From NCBI GenBank assembly GCA_000708835.1, contig DF236981.1, forward strand, positions 248,001 through 312,000: a DNA stretch of 64,000 nt, given 5' to 3'. This DNA is from Klebsormidium nitens (lineage: Eukaryota; Plantae; Klebsormidiophyceae). Below the pieces are notes generated by a model that ran no database searches, had not been told where the DNA came from, and saw only the letters and a program-made list of their open reading frames with translations. Each line of letters begins with the position of its first letter. Positions within the stretch are counted from its first letter, which is position 1. Positions 56,001 to 64,000 of this stretch are shown here, piece by piece. Made by a program: the position numbers and the translations under genes.

Positions 56001-59000
56001 GAACAATGATGAAGATTCACCTTAACTCCGTAAGGAGGAACCATGCCTTCCCGCCCTCGACCGGACATCTCCACGCTGGCCTCCGACACGCTCTCGCTGT
56101 AGTCCATGGACTGATCTTCCTCGCTAGCTCCATCGTCATCGACGCTGCTTGCGGAGTCGTTGGGGTCTCTGTTGCACAAAACAAGGCAAAGTTTGAGCTC
56201 CCTAGAGGTGGAAGGAGGACAGCGCACGATGGCTAAGATCTCCCAAGATCCAAGTCCACAGATACTCGCAGGTGGGAGAATCGCTGAGGGACAAGACAAG
56301 GTTTGTTTATTCGAATTTGGGCCTGCCTTTCGTATCACCCCACCTACTAAGCATGAAGAAAAGTAGAGTAAAAGCATGGGCAATATTGATTCTGCATTGT
56401 ACCCTCTGTAATACGGCTGGCCCGTCATAAGATCTTACTCAACCTACTTTTCATAACCCATGTCACCGAATCTTCAGAATGAGCGGGGAGGCGCTAACAG
56501 CGCAAAACAATGGACAGAGAATGTGCGACTCTGTTTGGCCTCGTTTCTTCTTAATGCAAACTAGGGCTGGCTCAGATGGAAAATAGCAGAATGCATGATC
56601 ATTCACATCTACGTTAACAAGATGATGTAGCGCACTCGTACCTGGGACCCAAGTTGGCGCAAGTGATTGTAATCTGCGACCATAGAAGCGCACGGTCAAA
56701 CAGCGGGAGTTACAAGGTTCAAAGTCACCACTCTGTAGACACTGCCGAAAACTACTTTGCGTCTCCGTGTCAGGGCAACAAAAATCACTTAGCTTATCCA
56801 AGTTGGCACGAAAGGTGGAGAAGTCCAGATTGCAAATCCAGGGGCGACGCTTAGTGCGGCATGTGGCACGCTTCACATTTAGAAGCGGGCTAACACACCT
56901 AGTAAAGACTCAAAGGGTTGTTCTCTTGGGCAAAGAATGGATTCCAGAGATGTGGCTTTGCTGGAGGCTATCTCCATTCAGGGCAACAGGCTACTGGTTG
57001 TTGCATGAGATGTTGCAGGTAATCTCCCCTGCTATCTTAGAAAGAGAGAGAGCCTTCCGTCCTAATGACTCAGACCCCTATAGCTGCGCCGTTGACGCCC
57101 TTCCCAATACAGGCACCCAATTTGCACTGACATCTCTCTAGACATTTCCAAAACTGCCCAGATACACAGTGCTTGTTGGGGTGTTGGTTGGCAGAGCAAA
57201 CAGCCACCGTCAGCTTGACCGAGGCTACTGATGTCACCCTCGGCCTTTATCTTGAGCTCCACAACTTCTCCAAAAGCGAGACTCAATATGCCCATTATAA
57301 AATTGCAGAATCGCTGCGATCACTCACATGTAGAGCAGTCCCCCCAGCTACGGAGCCATTCATCAGCAGCAGCGACTTCTCCTTTTGCACATAGTCGATG
57401 CAGTCCGCCAGGTTGAGGCTCGCCTCTCCCAATACGCCGTTGCGACTGGAGCTCTGTTCACAGGATACGAAAGATCAGGTCAGAACACAGGATGGGCGGC
57501 ACCATCTATTAGCGTCTCCGCAGCACCGAGTCTGCTTGAGATTGGGGCGATCCCGGGTGCAATTCAACCAGTTGAATTTCTGACTCTGACTGCTTGCGAA
57601 GGGTGGTAGTACGAAAATGGAGGACACCCCCATGTGTTCTGCCAGAATCTACTGACTTCATTCTGGAGCTCAACCGCATTGCTTTTACCCTGAGTGCCTC
57701 CTGACAATTTGACATGGATCTAACAGCATAGTCATCATTCTTCACCAGCTATGATACAATCTTCGCAGGGAAGGCCATGCCCCAGGATGATCCCTCTTCT
57801 GTGCATCTCCTGGTGCCACAGTCTCTTCGGCATTCCGGAACAAGTGCCCAATGCTGCATCAGGTGTCTCGTCTCAGCATGAGATGAGAATGTCGCTTGCT
57901 TTTCCCTGGACTAGCTTGCGACGCTTGCGCCAGCTTTGATCATAGGTCTGAGGTCAACTAGCCCTACATCTGCCTTGCTTCTCAACCGACCACCTAAAAG
58001 TTGCAACGTTGGCCTGATCAGCACTCGGGGATCATCCAGAGTTCCGCCCTCTGTAATGCGCATAGATGAGAGGAAATATTGAGATGTTTGAGGGGATCAC
58101 AGGACGCAATGATCAACCAGTGCCAACATTCTGCGATTGGAAACGCTGGCAATACTGTTCCACCTTGTAAAGTCCGTAATTGGCTCTTCATATGTCCAAG
58201 GTTTTCTGACTGTAAACCGTTGAGCGGAACGCGCACACGTCGAGCTTAAGATCAAGCTACAGGGTTTCAAAAAAACGTGCAAAACTGCCAGCGCAAGTAC
58301 TCACGCTTGAGACCACGAAGCGGTACGGTGCGGCGTCGTACCACCCCCCCTTTCTGTCCCTGCTGAGTTTCACTCGAAGCCCCACAGTCTCCTGCCACGC
58401 CACACTTCCATTCCGCACTGGCGCCTTCTGCGTCTTGGCGGCGGACTTGCCCTTCCCAGAGGCCACCACGCAAACCAGCAGCCTGTCATAGCCGCTGACG
58501 GGGACCTGTTTGGAGAAGGACGCCGAGCAATGCTGAGAGGGAAACCTTTTGGACGGCTTGGCAATCTGCGTCTTGATGCTTGAATCTTTAGCCAGTGCGG
58601 CGATGAGCCCATTTGTTTGAGATCGCCAAAAGCAGCATCGTTAAGATGGACCTGGGGCGGAGCATTCGTCATTGAGAAGCTTGCTATCTTCAGATCGTGC
58701 TTTCAATGACCAGAACACACAGAAAGGCTGGAATGTCGCTGATGCAATTGAGATCTGATTGCGTAAAGGCAGTCTGTTAGCGGACGTCACTGGCATTCAC
58801 AACGAAGGTTAGCGTCAACAGCGCTTGGGGTCATTTGTTTGCTTCTGGGCAGGAACGGAGCTGACCAGTTTAGGCGCTCAGCTGATGCAAGGAGCTCTGC
58901 TTTGTACTGATTATCTGTTTCTAAGCGGCGAATCCAGACAACAAGGCTTGAGCAGACAATATAAGAATCATAATAGGTTCTAAACCTGACTACCGAGATG

Positions 59001-59263
59001 TGCCCTACCCAGGCTGACTAAATTGCTAAGGAGCAATCTGCCGCTCTCAAAGATAAGTGAATGCCAGGGCATAGAAAGTAGCCGTAGCCAATTCCTATCA
59101 GCAGAATAAGATTGCAGGGTTTGGTTTTCCTGCCTCAACATTATAGGGCATCCGCAACAACTTGTGCATTCAGAGCACTTACCCCTGATGCTTGGAACTG
59201 GAAGCGGAACTCAAATTTTTCAGGGGCCTTAGACCCCTGCTTCCTCTTGAAACGGCTGAACAT
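41099..59263 (-). CDS. Giant coiled-coil protein with an N-terminal NT-C2 (EEIG1/EHBP1-type) domain and the conserved plant C-terminal motif; about 18 exons, roughly 3,000 aa
   Basis: Exon 1 59263-59183 MFSRFKRKQGSKAPEKFEFRFQFQASG; 58505-58305 VPVSGYDRLLVCVVASGKGKSAAKTQKAPVRNGSVAWQET; 57453-57328 SSSRNGVLGEASLNLADC. Long heptad-rich exons match the ORFs at 51545, 48490, 44624 and 42768. The last exon LESDLQDLQQRYTSLSLKCAEVEAHREEVV resembles the RY..SL.FAEVE.ER motif of AT1G22060/AT1G63300-type proteins. Confidence 0.85.
41901..42215 (-). repeat. 127-bp tandem repeat (3 copies) comprising the 3' half of a coding exon plus its GTGAGG donor
   Basis: ccctcacctcctgcaggcgcagcacctcttcctcgagcacctcttg starts at 41901, 42028 and 42155 (real exon). 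Confidence 0.9.
49965..50435 (-). repeat. Both ends of a short coding exon (about 50119-50266) are duplicated into the flanking introns
   Basis: cctccgctttgctgacgagg..ttcagctgctcctccagctggtgcacg at about 49968 and 50119; gagtggtccgccgcctcctgcagccgccccttgaactcggccaccgcgtcctgct at about 50208 and 50380. Confidence 0.85.
53398..53555 (-). repeat. Degenerate copy of an exon 5' end and acceptor in the NT-C2 gene
   Basis: gctcctgcgtgtgcgccaccatctcgcgcagcttctcaagctccgcctgca versus gctcctgcgtgtgtgccatcagctcgcgtagcctccccagcttcgcctgca about 100 bp away. Confidence 0.7.
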
Positions 59264-60564
59264 TGTTCCTCCACCTCTTCTCTGTTCAGTTTCTCAAAAG
59301 CCTTCAAACCACCTAATGATCTGGGGCCTTCTGAAAGGTTGCAAACATGGGGCTCGTCTCCCCAGTAGTGCTTAGACGTAAACTTTGCAAGGACATTGTG
59401 ACAACCAAAACGCTCGAGAAAGGCCCCGTCCCCCAGACAACTTTCAACCTCTGATCCCTCTGTCTCCCAAACTGTGGGAAGTAAGTCGTGGATTTCAAGC
59501 TCTTCCTTTCACTTACACATCTAGCTTCAGATCAAAGTGTTTTGAGGAGAGCGGCACAGCTTGCCTGTGCGTCCTCAACCTCTGCAAAATGCAAGCAGTG
59601 ACTTGAAACGTCCAAGGAGCAAGGTGAATGATGCATCACGATTTGCATGAACTGTGCAGGAGATGCCCTTCCGCAACAAGCGTTGCCAGGCAACAAATCT
59701 AGGGTTTGCATCATCATGTTTTCCAGCTTTCCAGGGTTCCGCCCTTACAAAACATGTCGGCGGCATGGTCGCCAATATTTTGACACCATTGTTCACCTCA
59801 AGTCGATGTACCTAAAAGGTATCAGGCTGTGTCCAATTGAGCCCTCCATATTGCTTTTCCAATTGAGTTCGGTCAACTTTTTGGAGAGTTCCGGCGGATG
59901 TCATGCACCTACACTTTACCGAGATTACCGGCCTGATGTCAGAAATGACATCAACAATGGGGCCGATTCAGGGCGAACGTAAACGAAGGTACTCTATGCA
60001 GCAGGGAAGCTGAATATGGTGCTCCAAACGGAGTCTGAAAGGTTGCCAGTGATTGCCATGGTCGACCTTTCTTTAAAGTTTTGAAATCGAGGGATCTTTC
60101 CAGATGCGTCGGTAAATGAGGTGAGCGCTCCACAGCTGCTTAGAGGTATTGTAGGTAGCATCAGCAGATTACAAGCTGGTTCGTTCTGCTGGTTATGCAG
60201 TCGCTTCCAGTGCTTGCTTGGTCATATCATGGAACGTTTTCCTGTGTAAGTGATGCATATGAGGGTCACTGAGGCTAGCTGGTCACTTTTATAACAAGCT
60301 GTTGCAATGATGCCCTCACTCTCTCGATTGCTGTCTCTTTTGAAGAAGCAGTTCGTCCAATTCCTTGTTAAGTGTACCATAAAGCTACAATAGCTTCATG
60401 AAGAAGGCTGACAAATGAAACTTCCATGCAGACGCTTTGACTTAAGAAACTCTGAAAGTCTGTTCGAATTACAATGCTGACACACGGCATCTTTTCGCAG
60501 GACAATGGTGTTATCCTGACCGCACTGAAGATATATTATTTGGTCCTCTAGAATAAGATCTACA

Positions 60565-63220
60565 ATGCCGAGCCACATGTCAGCTTCTGCTATCTCAGAT
60601 TTCAAAGCCACTCAGAAGATCCATCAGCGCACTGCGATCTCTCGCTGTTTAACCCGACCCGCTTGCATCACTCCACTACTACCACATCGAAGCTCGGTTT
60701 CCCGTCTGCCAAAGCAGTTGCGCAAGCTCCGAAGCTCCCTGCGATCCATCACGCCAAGTTTGTCTCTTATCAATCAAAGCAACGCCGTCGCTAGCGCTAC
60801 AGAAGAGAAGAGGCCAATTGCAGCAAGAGCCCCTTTTTCAGACGGGGACCGAGATCTAGGCGTAGGAAAAAGTTTGCCAGGGGTCCTAAGGGCGAGCCCG
60901 CGGAAAAGCCGGCGAGCCAAGCAGGGGCGAATCCTCCTATTGCAGTCCGCGCTTTACTCGAAACAAGTGATTACGCGCACTTCGGGCCGGAACCTGGGCG
61001 TGGTGTGCCAGTTATGGGTGGACACTGTGAAGGTGAGGATTTCTGGTTGCATACTGGATGGATAACAGGCACTCTGGTAGAAATCTCCTAGTTTCCCCCT
61101 TGGCTATAGCCCCTGATTGTAAGTCCAGGCAGGTTTAACTTGGCAACACGACCGTGGGGGCTTTATGTGAGGCTGTTTACCAAGGCTTGGTTGAAAGCCC
61201 TCGTTCTCCCTCCATCCGTCCAGACGGACGCCCCGTAGAGTCTGTTCATGCCAGCAGAGACCAGCACAGAGCTTCAGTTTGATCGGGGGCTGTTCTTCTT
61301 TTCTATGCTTTGCTTCAGATAATCAAAGTTGCTCAGGTGGTCGACAAGAGCGGCTCGTTTTCTTGCTTCGTTTGGCGACCGTGATCTGCTCTACTTTGCT
61401 TCTCTCGGGAGTCATATTGGTAGCCTCCAGATGCATCTCGCAGCTTAGATGGAAAGCTCCCAGTTATAAAGCTGCAAGTTCAAAGGTTTGCAATATGTGT
61501 CGTATTTGAAAGTAAAGCGGATGCTGATTGCCCCCATCTTTGTGCAGTGGGATGTTGTGGCCCTCAGTGTGAAGCCAAGCATCCTGTTTGGGGAGGAAGA
61601 CACCATCCTACTGAGCAGCCTGAGACAGGTAAGGGCCCGGACAGTGTCATTGATGAACCAAATGGTTTGCCCTGATGAATGCCTCAGCAAGCGTTCCCTG
61701 CTACACAAACTGCGTGCTATCCAACGATAGTCGTGAGGAGTTCTTGGTTTTTCTTCATCCGTTATGTGCCATCCTGCAATCTCAATCGAAGTCGACTTCG
61801 AGAACGAGTTAAAGCCCTCATGATTTCTTCCGGTCTTGACCCACTGTTCGATCTGACACATTCGCCTCCTCATTTTCCGTGTTGTTTCTTGTTCGCCTGT
61901 CTTCATACTCGACAAGCCAGTCATTTCCAATTCCGCATTTGTTTGAAAAGCTAAAGCAACCAATCGCTTCCCTTCAGGTTGGCGACGTGTTGCTAGTTCA
62001 TGACGAGACAGCCGTCGAAGAGAACGTCAGCTTGGAACAGCTGGGCTATTGCAACATCGTTGGAAGCGAAGTTGTTTCCGAGAATGGCGTCTATCTTGGG
62101 AAGGTGAGCCTTCAGTTGATTAGCTGTGTTTTTTCGGGCCACAGATTTTGCAAGAACTGTGGATATCCTCGAGCAAATTATTCGATAAATATGTCGTTTC
62201 ACTCTGATAAGTCGGACAAACAATCAGCTCGTTAAAAAGTTGGGCCCAAAATGGTTGTACTCCACAGGCGGCGATTTAGTCAGTATCGTCACAAATTAAA
62301 AAATTGGTGCTTCTAAAATCATCGCCCTCGTCTACCTGTTTCTTAGTCTCAAAGCATTCAAGAGAAGACGGCTGCGGTCTATGCTTCGCTCTCCCTCTTT
62401 GTGAGCAACGTACCCTTAGCTCAAATCCTCGCACAATTTTGCTGCGTCGCACAGTATTTTCTTGCTACAAGTCATCGAGCTTTTCCGTTCCAATGTTGAC
62501 AAACCGCTTGTTTGGAGATTGATTGGGATATTTTTTGCGAAGACTGACTCGATAGATTATGTCCTTGTTGGCAGATTCGGGACTTCAAGTTCGATCCAGA
62601 GGACGGCGCCATTGCGTCGCTCGTGTTTGACGGGTTGGGCCTTTCCATTGTCCCGAGCACAGTAGTGAGTCACTTCTACTCTTCCTTAACTTACCTTTCC
62701 TTAACTGCTTGCATTAAACTGCCTTCGGGTGCCAAATGCTCGGAGCATGGTTCCTAATCGTAAGTCGTCAGAGTGATGACTTAAGCAAAATCCAAAGGTT
62801 CAAGATCTTGAACCGTCAGATCGACCACTTAAAGAACAATGGACGGCTCAGGATCTTGAATCGTCAAATCGACGACTTCAGAGCGTCGGACGGCTCAGCA
62901 TGAGGCATTATACTCAGAGGTTACGGTACCCGTTGGCAACTTCGATAGAAACAGCTGTGCCACAGAAAGCCTTAGGATTGACCTTGCCCCTTTGCGGACG
63001 CACAGTCTGCTTCTGTTTCTCGAGTTGCTTCTGCTTGGGCGTGGGAGGACTCTGTTGTATGTAACTCGGGGGTGTCGCTGCTTTCCAGAAGGTGTGAACC
63101 AACTTATCTCTTATGCAGGTCAGTACATACGAGATGGGCATTGCGGAGGTCCTCAGCGCGGGGCCGGACCGGATCATCGTCCGCGACAGCACTGCTTCCC
63201 GCGTCAAACGGCTCTCTATG
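60565..63220 (+). CDS. PRC-barrel domain protein with probable plastid transit peptide (cyanobacterial/plastid type); 3' end not found in the window
   Basis: Ser/Arg-rich N-terminus, then LQSALYSKQVITRTSGRNLGVVCQLWVDTVK|WDVVALSVKPSILFGEEDTILLSSLRQ|VGDVLLVHDE..IVGSEVVSENGVYLGK|IRDFKFDPEDGAIASLVFDGLG..|VSTYEMGIAEVLSAGPDRIIV. All junctions are phase 0 GT-AG. Confidence 0.78.
62775..62900. repeat. Short degenerate intronic repeats (gatcttgaa(c/t)cgtca(g/a)atcgac..acggctcag)
   Basis: aagatcttgaaccgtcagatcgaccactt and aggatcttgaatcgtcaaatcgacgactt, plus ggacggctcag twice. Confidence 0.55.
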
Positions 63221-64000
63221 GTGAGAATGCGCGCACTTACACCCGGCCGCTACCTCCTTTGTCCGGTCATGACGTCTTTTTTAAATGTCGATATGCCACG
63301 TCTCGTGGAGAAAATTGTTTGCAAATGATGTCACAGGCGGCTTTCTTTTAGGAGGCCAGCTTCTCTTATGAATCATTGCGACTGCTAATTGCAACCACAA
63401 TCCGAGCATATCCTCAGCAGAGCTGTTGATCTGCTTGTTTTCAATGAGCATTTCGCGGCCACACCTTGCAGAGCTTTTCTGGAAGCCCTTTGTGGCCACT
63501 CCCCCTGACAACCCTTGGTCCAATAGCCTTCAGCTTCCATAGCTTATAATCTGGGCTTTCCATAAGCTGGCTCTCCTTCTGCGGAGCATCTTTGAAAAAT
63601 GTCCTTGTGATCGAGCCGGAGAGCCCCCCTCGGATGACGATTCCCTCAAATTTGTATACCGTTATTCACTGGGTTCCGTAGTCTGGCGTCACTCGTGCAG
63701 AGCAGCCTCAAAACTATTTCCTCGGTTGAGCCCTCCTGGAACATCTGGGTGTATTAACTCGAGGCTCCACACCGTCTCTTACCAACCATAACCTGGCCCC
63801 ATTCTCGCAGGGCATCCTCGAAAAACTCTCTTTGGCTGAGCCCCCCTGGAAGCAGGACGACGTTCTCTACAGCACATACGCTCCCCCCCCAGTACCCCGC
63901 CCGCAACGGCGACCTCCAAGCTACGAAACCGCTCCACGTGGTCGCCCCGAAACGTCTGGACGGGTCCCCAGCAATAGTTACTCGCGCGCGCCCGCCTACG

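Overview
Eukaryotic, intron-rich genomic DNA with GT-AG introns. The plant-type genes (4/1, NT-C2 coiled-coil, PAQR/HHP, plastid-type PRC-barrel) suggest a streptophyte alga such as Klebsormidium; this is inference. I spliced eight multi-exon genes by hand. The left 23 kb holds three co-oriented minus-strand genes that look like a eukaryotic metabolic cluster for salvaging nitrogen from triuret and biuret: (i) a tandem two-domain triuret-hydrolase-like cysteine hydrolase whose first domain has lost all three catalytic residues, (ii) an AzgA/AZG-family (NCS2) permease with altered substrate-site motifs, and (iii) a GGCT-like/allophanate-hydrolase-C-terminal-like domain fused to an intact biuret hydrolase. 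The rest holds a PAQR membrane protein, a NudC-type Nudix hydrolase fused to a PHPT1/Janus phosphohistidine phosphatase domain, a 4/1-like coiled-coil protein, a roughly 3,000-aa NT-C2 coiled-coil protein and a partial PRC-barrel gene. Many introns contain degenerate tandem copies of the neighbouring splice junction and exon edge. I saw no rRNA, tRNA, CRISPR array or intact transposase. Family assignments come from motifs I recall, not from database searches.
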